In this document: piece after piece, positions 49,115 to 59,261 of the stretch
Numbering within the stretch: position 1 is the first letter of the stretch
Layout: every line of letters starts with the position of its first letter
NCBI GenBank assembly: GCA_049303675.1
Contig: JBAQNJ010000001.1
Coordinates: forward strand, 890,001 to 954,000
DNA from: Microgenomates group bacterium
GTDB taxonomy: Bacteria; Patescibacteriota; Microgenomatia; UBA12405
DNA length: 64,000 nt
Direction of reading: 5' to 3'
Program-made: the position numbers and the translations under genes
The notes under the pieces: model-generated
The model's database searches: none
Told to the model about the DNA's origin: nothing
What the model saw: the letters and a program-made list of their open reading frames with translations, nothing else

Positions 49115-50188
49115 ATGGACATTCTCATTTTCATCGTCGCTTTGTCAATTTTAGTTTTAGTTCACGAATTTGGTCACTATTTTGCCGCTATCATTACCGG
49201 CGTTCACGTTGAAGAATTTGGTCTCGGTCTCCCTCCACGGATTTGGGGCAAAAAAATTGGTAAAACTATTTGGAGTCTCAACTGGTTGCCTATTGGCGGT
49301 TTTTGTAAGCTCGAAGGCGAAGATCCTGTAGGGGATGGTCTTGTACCATCCCGTCCGCTAAAACAATCTTTTATGTACAAAAATCCCTGGCAAAAAGGAT
49401 TGATTGTCGTCGGTGGTGTCCTCATGAACGTAATTCTAGCTATTGTTATTTTCTCGACTGTCTATACCATTTTAGGTATCCCCACTCCTACCGATAAAGT
49501 CAAGATTATTGCTGTAGTCAAAAATTCTCCCGCCGAAACAGCTGGATTAAAAGAAAATGATTGGGTCTCGGCAGTCGCCGGTATACCCGTGTCCAAACCC
49601 GAGCAGTTGACCGCTGAAGTTGGAAAATATAAAGGTAAAACAGTTGAATTACTCGTCGGGGCGGATCTCGTGCCCGCCCATAATGTTGTAGTTGAAGTTC
49701 GCGACAATCCACCCGCCGGTGAAGGCAGTATGGGAATTGCCATCTCCAATACGCAGATGGTTAAAATAAAATGGTATGAATTTTATAAAGGAATTGGTGC
49801 CGGATTCCGCGAGGCCTATTATTGGGGCAAAATAATTTTTAGTGGGGTCACTCAAATGATTGGTAGCCTAGTTACCGGTCATATCCCCGCTGATGTCGCC
49901 GGCCCTATTGGCATGTACGAAGCCACTACTAGTATTAAGAAAAATCAAGGTATCCTAGCAGTTATTCACTTTTTTGGTATCGTCTCAGTCAACCTCGCCG
50001 TGGTCAATATCCTCCCCTTCCCCGCCCTCGACGGTGGTAGGATTATTTTTGTTATCTACGAGCTTCTCACCAAAAAACGCGCCAATCAAAAATTTGAAAG
50101 TATGGTCAACAATATGGGTATGATTATCCTCCTTAGCCTAATCCTGCTTATCACCGCCGGCGATATCTTCCGCATCTTCAGAAAATAA
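49115..50188 (+). CDS. rseP: RIP metalloprotease RseP (site-2 protease, M50 family)
   Basis: 357 aa; HEFGHY zinc motif in TM1, internal PDZ domain, C-terminal LDGG motif. Confidence 0.88.
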   Translation: MDILIFIVALSILVLVHEFGHYFAAIITGVHVEEFGLGLPPRIWGKKIGKTIWSLNWLPIGGFCKLEGEDPVGDGLVPSRPLKQSFMYKNPWQKGLIVVGGVLMNVILAIVIFSTVYTILGIPTPTDKVKIIAVVKNSPAETAGLKENDWVSAVAGIPVSKPEQLTAEVGKYKGKTVELLVGADLVPAHNVVVEVRDNPPAGEGSMGIAISNTQMVKIKWYEFYKGIGAGFREAYYWGKIIFSGVTQMIGSLVTGHIPADVAGPIGMYEATTSIKKNQGILAVIHFFGIVSVNLAVVNILPFPALDGGRIIFVIYELLTKKRANQKFESMVNNMGMIILLSLILLITAGDIFRIFRK

Positions 50189-50193
50189 ACTTT

Positions 50194-50745
50194 TTATCCC
50201 CTAACTTCCACTTCCTTTTTCTTGCTCACTTCTTCCAATTTGGCTATAAAGCTATCGGTAACTTTTTGTAATTCTGTTTCATCGCGTTTGAACTCATCTT
50301 CCGACACTGTCTTGGCATTCTTGGCATCCATCAATTTTTTCCTAAAATCAGCCCGAGCATCGCGAATCATGCCCCTCGCCCCTTCCAATTTGCGACCCAG
50401 CAATTTTATATAATCCTCTCGCTGTTCTTGGGTCAACATCGGTAAGGCCAATCTAATCAAATTACCATCTACCACCGGATTCATGTTGATTCCTGCGGCG
50501 GCTATACCGTTGGAAATTTCCCTAATCAGGGCACTATCCCACGGCTGAAAAGTTAAGTTACGCACATCCGGTACTCCAATCGTCCCCAATTCGATCAATT
50601 TCATTTTGGTCGTCCCATAGACGGTCACTATCACATTTTCAATTAGCCCTGGGGTAGCCCTGCCAGTCCGTATCGAGCCAATGTCCTCGGTAAACAAACC
50701 GACAATTTTGGTCATTCGACTACTGACATCAGAAAAATTGATCAT
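50194..50745 (-). CDS. frr: ribosome recycling factor
   Basis: 183 aa; characteristic RRF helical-bundle sequence. Confidence 0.9.
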   Translation of the reverse strand: MINFSDVSSRMTKIVGLFTEDIGSIRTGRATPGLIENVIVTVYGTTKMKLIELGTIGVPDVRNLTFQPWDSALIREISNGIAAAGINMNPVVDGNLIRLALPMLTQEQREDYIKLLGRKLEGARGMIRDARADFRKKLMDAKNAKTVSEDEFKRDETELQKVTDSFIAKLEEVSKKKEVEVRG

Positions 50746-50764
50746 ATATGCATTCTATCAAATA

Positions 50765-50796
50765 ATTGTAGAGACGCGCCATGGCACGTCTCTACA
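50765..50796. repeat. 32-bp palindrome TTGTAGAGACG-cgccatggca-CGTCTCTACAA between tsf and frr
   Basis: Shares the GTAGAGACGCG arm with the palindrome at 10202-10229 inside the RAYT-like gene. Confidence 0.85.
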
Positions 50797-50804
50797 ATTA
50801 AAGT

Positions 50805-51263
50805 TTATATTTCAAATCTTGCCATTCTGCCTACTTTTATATTCTCGCCAAACTTGCCCACTAGTGCAGTCACCAAATCTTTTATTTTCCGAGACGGATC
50901 CTTAATAAAGTCCATCTCTAGTAATTCTTCAGTACTAGCTGGATTCATGGCCGCTATTTGCAAACACAAATCTCTCGTCACTGCCATGAACTCTTCGTTT
51001 TTGGCCACAAAATCAGTCTCACACAGTAGCTCGACCATTACTCCAATCTTACCGGTAGTGTGGGTATAAGTAGCCACCCGTCCCTGATGGACCTCTTTTT
51101 CGGCTCTTTTTTCCATTTGTTTTATCCCCAATTCCTTGAGTAATTCCATCGCCTGTTTCTCATCCCCTTCTGCTTTTTCCACCGCAATTTTGATCTCTCC
51201 AATTGAGTAACCAGTCGCCTGTCTAATTTTTTTGACTAATTCAATTATTTTTTTATTATCCAT
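50805..51263 (-). CDS. tsf: elongation factor Ts (short form)
   Basis: 152 aa; UBA-like N-terminus LVKKIRQATGYSIGEIKIAV and dimerisation core; follows rpsB. Confidence 0.88.
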   Translation of the reverse strand: MDNKKIIELVKKIRQATGYSIGEIKIAVEKAEGDEKQAMELLKELGIKQMEKRAEKEVHQGRVATYTHTTGKIGVMVELLCETDFVAKNEEFMAVTRDLCLQIAAMNPASTEELLEMDFIKDPSRKIKDLVTALVGKFGENIKVGRMARFEI

Positions 51264-51300
51264 AATTCGTAATTCGTAATTTTTAATTCGTAATTAAATA
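51264..51300. promoter_or_regulatory. AATTCGTAATT heptad tandem repeat immediately upstream of the tsf start (coordinates approximate)
   Basis: aattcgtaattcgtaatttttaattcgtaatt; the same motif family lies directly upstream of start codons at about 38042 and 59942. Confidence 0.35.
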
Positions 51301-51315
51301 ATCCGCAATTGCGGA

Positions 51316-52212
51316 TTATTTAACTCCTGCTGCTTTGATTGCTTTACCAATCTCTTCAACTATTATATTAATTGATTTGACTGAGTCATCATTGGCTGGA
51401 ATAGCAAAATCGACTTTACGTGGATCAGAATCAGTATCCACAATCGCCACCGATTTGATATTGCGCATCTTGGTTTCCTTGAGGGCTGTCTTTTCAAAAC
51501 CAGCATCAACTACAAACAAAATGTCAAACATTTTATCGAGAGTGGCGATTCCCCCGACAATTTTATCAAGACGGATTTGCTCTTTGGCCATATCACCCAA
51601 TTCTTTTTTGGAAAGTTCGGTAAATTTGTTCTTGGCTAGTCCATCACGAATATCATTTAATTTCTTGATATTTTTACGAATTTGTTCCCAATTGCTGATA
51701 GTGCCACCCAGCCAGCGATCAGTAATGTAGGCCACCCCTGCATCTAGAGCCACTCTCTTGACCACTTCTCTGGCCTGTCGCTTGGTCCCCAAAAGTACAA
51801 TTGATTTACCATTGCGTCGAGCGTTGTAGATATAGTTGCAAGCTTTTTCCAGTGCTTTTTGAGTTTTGATTAAATCAAAAACTTGGACTCCATCCTTGGC
51901 GGTATAAATATTTTCTCGAGATTTTGGATGAGTTTTGCTGACTTTGTGACCGAGGTGACAACCGGCGTTGAGTAAATCTTTGAGGTCAATTGTCAATTCA
52001 TATTTTTTATCTTCTTTGACTATTTCTTTCTTCGTATCTACTACTTCACTCTCTTTTACCACCAATGCTTCCTTATCTTTTTTCAGTTTTTCGTTTTGCT
52101 TTTTGATGTTTTCTGCAGTAATTGGGCTTTGTTTTTTTGCCTTAACTACCAATGCTTTTTCAATCAGTTTTTTACCGGTTCTGTTAACCGTCTTATTTTT
52201 TACAGTTGCCAT
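51316..52212 (-). CDS. rpsB: 30S ribosomal protein S2
   Basis: 298 aa; S2 core (LLNAGCHLGH...) with a Lys-rich N-terminal extension. Confidence 0.9.
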   Translation of the reverse strand: MATVKNKTVNRTGKKLIEKALVVKAKKQSPITAENIKKQNEKLKKDKEALVVKESEVVDTKKEIVKEDKKYELTIDLKDLLNAGCHLGHKVSKTHPKSRENIYTAKDGVQVFDLIKTQKALEKACNYIYNARRNGKSIVLLGTKRQAREVVKRVALDAGVAYITDRWLGGTISNWEQIRKNIKKLNDIRDGLAKNKFTELSKKELGDMAKEQIRLDKIVGGIATLDKMFDILFVVDAGFEKTALKETKMRNIKSVAIVDTDSDPRKVDFAIPANDDSVKSINIIVEEIGKAIKAAGVK

Positions 52213-52308
52213 AGTTTAGTTTTTATTATGCTTTTGGGGTACGATTAACCCAAAACTAAATATAAATTTTATAAATTTTTAATCTAAGGATTATAGCACA
52301 AAACTCTA

Positions 52309-52839
52309 CTATCTTAATCTCTGGACTGTTATCCCTCGCCGAGTCTCGTCCAATCTGACCGTGACTACTGAATTATGCATTACATCCATTCCCTTCGCCT
52401 GAGAAATTCCTTCAATCTGACCACCAAACAATCCATTACATGCCTCAATTAATACTCTATCTGTTATCCCTGGTTTTATATTCAAAACTGCTTCACTACC
52501 TCCCGCTGGGTCCAAAGCTAAAATCTCCACGCATTTGTCTACTTCTTCACTCCACGGGATTAGGTGCGTCATCCCCTCAAAATTAGTCTCCCTAATCAAA
52601 AACCGTTGTTTATGATTTTTTTTATCAAATTCCATTCCCAAGATTGCTGTCGTTGGTTTTCGTTCATCATTTTCATTCAATACCGACATTACCTCACCAG
52701 CGGTAGCCTCTTTAGTTACTTCCAACGCCTCAACTCGCCCTGTTGCCCCGTTCCAAATTGGGGTCACTCGCCCCCGCGCCTCCATATCTGGCCGAATTGA
52801 TCTTTCTACTTCACTTCTTACAAATACAATGCTTTTCAT
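52309..52839 (-). CDS. hypothetical protein
   Basis: 176 aa; no family assigned. Confidence 0.45.
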   Translation of the reverse strand: MKSIVFVRSEVERSIRPDMEARGRVTPIWNGATGRVEALEVTKEATAGEVMSVLNENDERKPTTAILGMEFDKKNHKQRFLIRETNFEGMTHLIPWSEEVDKCVEILALDPAGGSEAVLNIKPGITDRVLIEACNGLFGGQIEGISQAKGMDVMHNSVVTVRLDETRRGITVQRLR

Positions 52840-52867
52840 TTTTATAATTATATTTATTTTAATTTTT

Positions 52868-52937
52868 GACTCACCTGTTGCTTTTCCGCTGAGGGTTCCC
52901 CATATGGGGAACCCTCAATGTTTGCAACAGGTGAGTC
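52868..52937. repeat. nested GC-rich hairpin element (outer GACTCACCTGTTGC/GCAACAGGTGAGTC; inner GAGGGTTCCCC-atat-GGGGAACCCTC)
   Basis: Read directly; the inner core GGTTCCCC..GGGGAACC is shared with the element at 57752-57823. Confidence 0.8.
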
Positions 52938-52979
52938 TAATAAGACAAAACAATAAAGGTTAGGCTCACCTGACAAGGA

Positions 52980-55139
52980 TTATTTGGGCCAAAATTGGGT
53001 TTGATCCCGAACAGAAGATCCGTCAGGATTAATCAACACCAAGTGTAAATGAGTCCAATCACTATCCCCTATGTTTCCCATTAAACAAATGGCCTGTCCC
53101 CAAACTACAACATCACCTTCTGTGACGTAATTCCTATCACAGTGGTATGATGCCTGTTTACGCCCTGAACTATTGGTGATTTCCAGATATGGCGTTCCAT
53201 TTTCATAGACTCCAATTCTAGAAACTGTTCCATTGAGCATAGAAAGTACATCAACTTGGTCTTCAGATGACGGTCGGTGATCTGATTTCCAATAATCCCA
53301 TCCACATTCATTAATGAGATTGCAATGAAAATCATTACCACCAATCGCCGCAGTCCCCATAACATACACCGACGGACCGCCATTCAGCGCAAATCCACAA
53401 AATGCCAATGGATCGGAGCAAAGAATGTTATCAGCAGCCATTACACTAGTGATATCTACTGTCGGTAGTGGTGCCAAATCAACTCCTCCAGCTTGCGCCA
53501 GTATAGACTGATACTGATCCCAAACCGATCCGGACTGATCCCAACCATCATAGGCTGCCGAACCAGGAGTACCATGGTTCCAAACCAGTCCACCATCTTG
53601 GCCAGTGAATCTATTTTGAAAATCCGATTTTGTCGTCTGTTCAAAAAACCGCAGTTTCTTGAACATTCTATATGCCGCCCGAGCAGAATCATGTAGATCC
53701 CACTTGTTCCAACTAGTCTCAGAATAATCCGGCCAAGTTGTCGGCATAAATTGGAATGGTCCCTGCGCTCCAGCAGAAGAAGTGCAAGTGTTAAAATCTG
53801 CTCTAGCACATTCGGAACGCTGTACAGCATACAATAAAGCAGCTTCCCGAGCCGTACCTCCCTCTTCGTTTACCGCCTTCAGAATTGGTTCCCATACTAT
53901 TGGAATTACCACTCCTTCAGGTAATTTTGCCAGTGGTGCACCAGACCAAATTACTGGATCAGGGTTAGGATTTTGCGCCCAGACTGGAATCTCAGGAATA
54001 TCTTCCCCTGAATTAGCCCAGACAATCGGCACCCACATAATCCCAAACGTCACTACGTAGGCTACGTAGCAACCGACTATTAGGACTAGTACCAGTTCCT
54101 TAGTCAAATCTAAAAACCAAGGTATGTGCTTTTCCAATCCAGTGTTCAAAATAAATTTCTTTCCCCAGTCTCGTAGCTTTTGGATGACCCAAATTTGGAC
54201 TGATATACCAGTAAACATCCAAAGTACTTCGTCCTTTAACCAAAAACTTACTATCATTAAAACAACAGTAAGCCACCAATAAGCAACTAAGATTTTAGAC
54301 TTCTTATAGACAGTCTTTTTTCCCAGTTGTTTCTCCAACAAATAAACCTTGCGGTTCATCGACCAAACTTTAACTGCAGCAATTAAAACTAAAATCATTG
54401 CCACCGCAAAGATTACTTTGGTTGTACCAGTCTGGTCTAAGATATTTTTTAGATCAGGACTAGTTTGAGTCGGAATTTCCGACGAGGTTTTAATTACTAC
54501 CCCATTTGGAAGCAGAGTTGACTCCACACTTGGTGTTTGTATTACTTTGGTCTCTCCCTCAATTTCTACCCATATCGTCAGGACATGTTCATTAATCATC
54601 CATCGGATAACGGCATCTTTACTCAGCTCATTTTTCAACTCAAGATCTTGGTCATAGTTACCAGTTGACTCATTTTGGAAAATCGAGTTAGCATAGTGAC
54701 CGTCATAGGGCAGTACAGGAAGCTGAACATGATTATCAGTTGATCTAGTGGACTGTAAGCCATTCATCTCGGCCACGTAGTGGACAATTGAAGCTACGTC
54801 ACAAACTCCCAGCGCAGGCATCCAAGACATATCTTTTTTTTGTAATGTCTTGTATCCGCTATCTGCCATTTGGCCAATTCTAGCACCAAAACTTTGAGAA
54901 ACACCACCAGCTGGAATCACCCATTCATTCTGACCATGGCCCAAATTTTGAAAACCATAAACGATATTATTTTCATAATCTGGCCAATCATAGTAGTCAA
55001 GACGAACAGTACAAACTCCTGACTCATCGCAACTAATCAAGTCTGCTGCCTTCGCCAAATTTACACTCAGCGGGGAAAAACACGACGCCACCAAAACGAA
55101 CATGGTGGTTAAAACGAGAATTAAATTATTTCGTTTCAT
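52980..55139 (-). CDS. multi-domain cell-wall hydrolase: VanW-like domain + TM segments + lytic transglycosylase (SLT) + M23 peptidase
   Basis: Start placed at ATG 55137-55139, preceded by GGAGGTG; signal peptide; VanW-like GVCDVASIVHY..; SLT motif AGAQGPFQFMPTTW; M23 motif GDSDWTHLHLVLINPDG. Confidence 0.7.
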   Translation of the reverse strand: MKRNNLILVLTTMFVLVASCFSPLSVNLAKAADLISCDESGVCTVRLDYYDWPDYENNIVYGFQNLGHGQNEWVIPAGGVSQSFGARIGQMADSGYKTLQKKDMSWMPALGVCDVASIVHYVAEMNGLQSTRSTDNHVQLPVLPYDGHYANSIFQNESTGNYDQDLELKNELSKDAVIRWMINEHVLTIWVEIEGETKVIQTPSVESTLLPNGVVIKTSSEIPTQTSPDLKNILDQTGTTKVIFAVAMILVLIAAVKVWSMNRKVYLLEKQLGKKTVYKKSKILVAYWWLTVVLMIVSFWLKDEVLWMFTGISVQIWVIQKLRDWGKKFILNTGLEKHIPWFLDLTKELVLVLIVGCYVAYVVTFGIMWVPIVWANSGEDIPEIPVWAQNPNPDPVIWSGAPLAKLPEGVVIPIVWEPILKAVNEEGGTAREAALLYAVQRSECARADFNTCTSSAGAQGPFQFMPTTWPDYSETSWNKWDLHDSARAAYRMFKKLRFFEQTTKSDFQNRFTGQDGGLVWNHGTPGSAAYDGWDQSGSVWDQYQSILAQAGGVDLAPLPTVDITSVMAADNILCSDPLAFCGFALNGGPSVYVMGTAAIGGNDFHCNLINECGWDYWKSDHRPSSEDQVDVLSMLNGTVSRIGVYENGTPYLEITNSSGRKQASYHCDRNYVTEGDVVVWGQAICLMGNIGDSDWTHLHLVLINPDGSSVRDQTQFWPK

Positions 55140-55414
55140 ATCACCACCTCCTTGATGGTTGTTTGGGTTTATCCGTCTGCAGGCTGCAGCCGGTTTAAAA
55201 ATTAGGCCCACGGCCTTAAACATGGCTGCACCTCCTTTTCTTTATTTAGGTAGCCAGTCGAATAACCCATAATTAGTTACTCAATTGGCTACCTAAAGTT
55301 TGTTTTGTCTTATTGTTAAAGAGCTAGAGATTAGCTTCGGATGCAAAAATATCCGTCAATCTCCGATAGGATTATATCATAAATACCCTATAATAGCAAA
55401 TTATTTACAAATTT

Positions 55415-57001
55415 CTAAGTATTGTATTGGCTAGATCTTCGGTTCAATACTGTTATAACTTTGTCTGCCAATTCCTCGGATTTATATTTACTAGCTATAA
55501 TATCTCTAATTCTTTGTTTATCCACAGGGGTTGACTTTGCAAATAATTTTAAGTTATTTTCATCAATTCTTGAAAAACCAGCAGACTGTAATATCTCATC
55601 ATCATTTTTTTCCAGCTTATCTACAATAGAAATTGCTTCTTTTACTACCTCGGAATGTCTTGGCAAAACAGACATGTCCCTTCTAGCTAGTGCGATTTCT
55701 TCTAGACAATAAGTTTGTTCATCTTCATCAATATGCGGAATAGCAGCCGTTAATTGTTTTACTCTTTCACCCCCACGTCGGGCACTACCCGTTACCCGTC
55801 CGATACCATTCGCAGCACTTACTACGTCAGTAACCACCATTACATCTTCTTCATTTGCTCCCGAGCGCTGTACTTTTAATGTACCTGGAGCATGTATTTT
55901 TTCTCTGCCTTTTCTAGTCGCAATATTAAATATCCATTCATTAACTGGCCCCAGTTTTAATCTTCTATCTTTGGCTACAGCTTTTAAATTCTCAAAATGA
56001 GGCGCAATATCTGTCTGTGTTAAAAGTTCAGTTATGTTAGAAGCCACAACTTCATCTTCGACTCCAGTTCTCATATGGACTCTGCCATCTTTTGAAATAT
56101 ATAGTTCTTGTCCACCGGCCAATGATTCCATTAATTGAAATCCCTTTGCTCCAAATGCAAACGCGGCCAACTGTTGCAAAAACCCCGATTTGACCAAAGT
56201 AACCCCTTCTTTACATTCAGCAACAGCCACGGTGGGATTACCAATTATACCTTTTAACCTAGTTACTTCTTCTCTCAATAACGCCCTTTGACCAACTTCA
56301 TATACTATTTCTGCCTTTCTTTGGGACAATGTATTTTCAACCTCTTTGCGAATCGATATTTCACTTAAAACTGGCTGCAAAGTTGAAACAATATTTGCCG
56401 CCATCTCCCGTTCAACATCTTGTCTTACTCCAGACCTAAACTGTGCCACTTCAGCCGCCGCATGTACTGTACTAATATTTTTACCCAAGACAGCTTCACC
56501 AGCTCTCATTACTTCCACTGGCCGAGATAGCCTAATTTGGGATTCGTTCATTGTTGCATCAATGGCTGATGCCAATCGATTTCTGGCAATCTGTGCTCTT
56601 TGTTGTGATTCCTTCTCACCACCCCATATTACCCCCGCCACCAGATTTCTAGGCCTCAATGCATCAAGACTCCCCAAAATTCCTTTTGGTGCATTATCAA
56701 ATTCCTTCTGCATTTTATCATCATCCGGCAACAAATTTAAACCATTGGCAAAAAATCTATTTAACAATCCACCCCACAGTGCACTTACCGATCTTTTTTC
56801 CACAGCTTGGGCAAATACAACTACCATGTTTTCCTTTGGTCTTACCGGTACAATGGCTACTCCACCCTTATATTCCTGAACATCATATCCATCAGGAACT
56901 TCCACTACACGAGTTTCAGTCTGATCTTGGACTCGTGGCAATCTATTCATCACCGATCCTTCTCCAAACAAATCTGCTTGCAACTGATCTCTCCATGCCA
57001 T
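55415..57001 (-). CDS. hypothetical large protein
   Basis: 528 aa, no TM, no recognisable domain; visually GC-richer than flanks (GC not computed). Confidence 0.5.
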   Translation of the reverse strand: MAWRDQLQADLFGEGSVMNRLPRVQDQTETRVVEVPDGYDVQEYKGGVAIVPVRPKENMVVVFAQAVEKRSVSALWGGLLNRFFANGLNLLPDDDKMQKEFDNAPKGILGSLDALRPRNLVAGVIWGGEKESQQRAQIARNRLASAIDATMNESQIRLSRPVEVMRAGEAVLGKNISTVHAAAEVAQFRSGVRQDVEREMAANIVSTLQPVLSEISIRKEVENTLSQRKAEIVYEVGQRALLREEVTRLKGIIGNPTVAVAECKEGVTLVKSGFLQQLAAFAFGAKGFQLMESLAGGQELYISKDGRVHMRTGVEDEVVASNITELLTQTDIAPHFENLKAVAKDRRLKLGPVNEWIFNIATRKGREKIHAPGTLKVQRSGANEEDVMVVTDVVSAANGIGRVTGSARRGGERVKQLTAAIPHIDEDEQTYCLEEIALARRDMSVLPRHSEVVKEAISIVDKLEKNDDEILQSAGFSRIDENNLKLFAKSTPVDKQRIRDIIASKYKSEELADKVITVLNRRSSQYNT

Positions 57002-57003
57002 AA

Positions 57004-57711
57004 TTAGTTTTTGTCGTTTAACTCAATAACTGTCGCCCCATTTCTAGCTTTTGATTGTCGTTTTTCTTTCATATTTGCATATACATCCCCACCTTTTTTC
57101 CATACGTACTTTAGCCCTTTTCCTACCTGATTGCTCACTCCCCTACCAATTTCCACAGTCTTTCCGGCAACATAACTACCAACCACCGCAGCAGTCTCCT
57201 TAATTTTTTCATTTCTAGCTTGACGTCTTTCTACTTCTTCCACCGTCACTCCCAAAGCTTCCAGTGGACTGTTCATATCTCTAAAAAATCCTACCCCCGC
57301 TCTTGACATATCCTCAACCATATCAGGTGCAATATTCGCCAAAATTGTCGCTTTAACGACCGAACTAATTGACTCACCTGAATTACCACCTGTCATTACA
57401 ACAACTTGTTCACCTTTTTCATTGGTAGACAAAGCATATCCAACAGGCAAGGAAATATCTGTTACTAGATCACTTAGAGCTCTTCTGATAATTCCAGGAC
57501 GTCCATCACCACTTGTATCATACAAAGCTGGATTACCATCTTTTCCTTCACCAACATGATAAACAATTGGTAGTTCAATATCATTTCTCAATCCATCGAT
57601 TGCCGATTTAATATTTCTCACTACTATTCCATCTTGTTTTGGTTGACCATTATTACCTCCCTCGAGGGGTGTAGTTGCATCTTCCATTAATCGATCAAGC
57701 CAGTTTGGCAT
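57004..57711 (-). CDS. hypothetical protein
   Basis: 235 aa; Gly-rich; stop abuts the start of the upstream ORF. Confidence 0.5.
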   Translation of the reverse strand: MPNWLDRLMEDATTPLEGGNNGQPKQDGIVVRNIKSAIDGLRNDIELPIVYHVGEGKDGNPALYDTSGDGRPGIIRRALSDLVTDISLPVGYALSTNEKGEQVVVMTGGNSGESISSVVKATILANIAPDMVEDMSRAGVGFFRDMNSPLEALGVTVEEVERRQARNEKIKETAAVVGSYVAGKTVEIGRGVSNQVGKGLKYVWKKGGDVYANMKEKRQSKARNGATVIELNDKN

Positions 57712-57751
57712 ATTTTTATAATTTTAATAACTTAATAATTTATTTTTTAAT

Positions 57752-57823
57752 ACCATGGTCCCTTGCTTCCTTGTTTGTGGTTCCCCCTCAGGGGGAACCA
57801 CACATTGGAGCTTGGGACCATGG
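57752..57823. repeat. nested GC-rich hairpin element (outer ACCATGGTCCC/GGGACCATGG; inner GTGGTTCCCCC-tc-AGGGGGAACCAC)
   Basis: Read directly; lies downstream of the 57848..58945 gene and next to an AT-rich run, so it may serve as a terminator. Confidence 0.8.
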
Positions 57824-57847
57824 ATTTGACACCATGGTTGAAAAATA

Positions 57848-58945
57848 TTACTGAGCCGTGCCGGCGAAGACGCAGACATCTTTGTCTCCATACTTCACCA
57901 TCAGCATGTCATTGCTTCTTAAATATGTGGTCCAGGCCGCGCCGACGAACAATTGGACCGAGGTAACTGATGTATTATTAGGAATTGTTCCGTCATGATT
58001 TTGATCAATTCCAACGCAGGTCGGGTTTCCCGCACCATCAGTTGAAGAGGTGTAATACCAAGCACCCTTGTTGTCCGACGTGTCGTTAATCGTAACCAAT
58101 TTATCCCCAGGGTTGGGATCGGGCTGAACATTCACGTTCGGATCGGACTGAGAGGTGGTGTTGGGATCGGGTTGCTTGACGATAGGGTCGGGTTGAGTGG
58201 TTATTGTTGTAACACAACCTTGGCAGATTGTTTCCCACTTACCTGTTCCTGTGAACGAAAAGCCGTTTCGGTCCGCAGATACACCGAGATTGCGGGCAAT
58301 ATTACCATTGACTGAAAATACAATTGGAGTTACCCAACTTTCGTCAAAATTGATGGCAATATCCCAGTTCTCGTTGTCCTTTCCAGCGGTAGCGCAATTC
58401 GAACATTTCCCTGACACAACCCCTTTTATCGGGAACATAGCCGGCCCGAGTGCAGGAGGTGCATTTTGTGGTTGAAGACTTCCACCCATAAGGACAGTGA
58501 AATCCTTCAACCAAGTTGTGCCGGCATCTGAGAGTACTGTAACGGTAACATTCGGCAGCAAACTTTGCTGACCTCCTGTTACATCAGTTCCTGCTGGCGC
58601 CGCATAGGTTGTTCCACCTCCAGAATTACTTGAGGAAGAACTTTCAACCATTGCGTAGCCCGGCAAGCCATTGCAATACTGTCCGCCATATCTTTTACAT
58701 GCCTTGGCCTGTACCGAATCGGCACCGCCAATGGCTGAGTCAGTCCATAATCCGGGTCCATACCGGACGATTAGTGGACCTACGATGAACACGATACCTA
58801 GGGTAAAAAGTACACCCTTTTTGTGAGTGGTAAGCAGGGCCCAAGCGAACATGACAATGGCCAGTACCACAAACCAACCCACGAGCGGAGCGATGCTATT
58901 TGAAGCACCTTCCCATCCTGCTCTTAAACTTCCAATTAGATCCAT
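57848..58945 (-). CDS. hypothetical membrane-anchored protein with QPDP repeats
   Basis: 365 aa; two N-terminal TM helices; Gly/Ser/Thr-rich extracytoplasmic part; QPDPIVKQPDPNTTSQSDPNVNVQPDPNPGD; visually GC-richer than flanks (GC not computed). Confidence 0.55.
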   Translation of the reverse strand: MDLIGSLRAGWEGASNSIAPLVGWFVVLAIVMFAWALLTTHKKGVLFTLGIVFIVGPLIVRYGPGLWTDSAIGGADSVQAKACKRYGGQYCNGLPGYAMVESSSSSNSGGGTTYAAPAGTDVTGGQQSLLPNVTVTVLSDAGTTWLKDFTVLMGGSLQPQNAPPALGPAMFPIKGVVSGKCSNCATAGKDNENWDIAINFDESWVTPIVFSVNGNIARNLGVSADRNGFSFTGTGKWETICQGCVTTITTQPDPIVKQPDPNTTSQSDPNVNVQPDPNPGDKLVTINDTSDNKGAWYYTSSTDGAGNPTCVGIDQNHDGTIPNNTSVTSVQLFVGAAWTTYLRSNDMLMVKYGDKDVCVFAGTAQ

Positions 58946-59261
58946 GATCCTATCTCCTTTTCTATTTTTTGAAAAACCACAATTTTACTTCAATTACACA
59001 ACCCAAGCACCCAATCTCCCGATAGCTATCGGGGGGCTCAGTGCTTGAGTCGTGTATCCATAGTGTCAAATTTTTAAAGTGCCTTGAGGTTTTACCCTCA
59101 ATTTACTAAAAAAGCCCTCAAATATTGCCAATTAAATGGCGTTATTTAGGACTCTGTGATGTTCTACTTTGCAGCGCATTGCTACATTTATTAACATGAA
59201 CGTTTATACACCTCTGTTACACATTTGTCAATAATATAAGATATTCCAACCTCAACCTGAC

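Noticed and set aside
52980-55223. Full 747-aa extent of the SLT/M23 ORF
   Set aside because: The first 28 codons precede a far better start (ATG at 55137-55139, with GGAGGTG 6-12 nt upstream) and a signal peptide, so I called 52980..55139.
57755-57840. CCATGG recurring three times around hairpin B as a restriction-modification signal
   Set aside because: Three occurrences are fully explained by the inverted-repeat arms plus one chance copy. No methyltransferase or REase gene is nearby.
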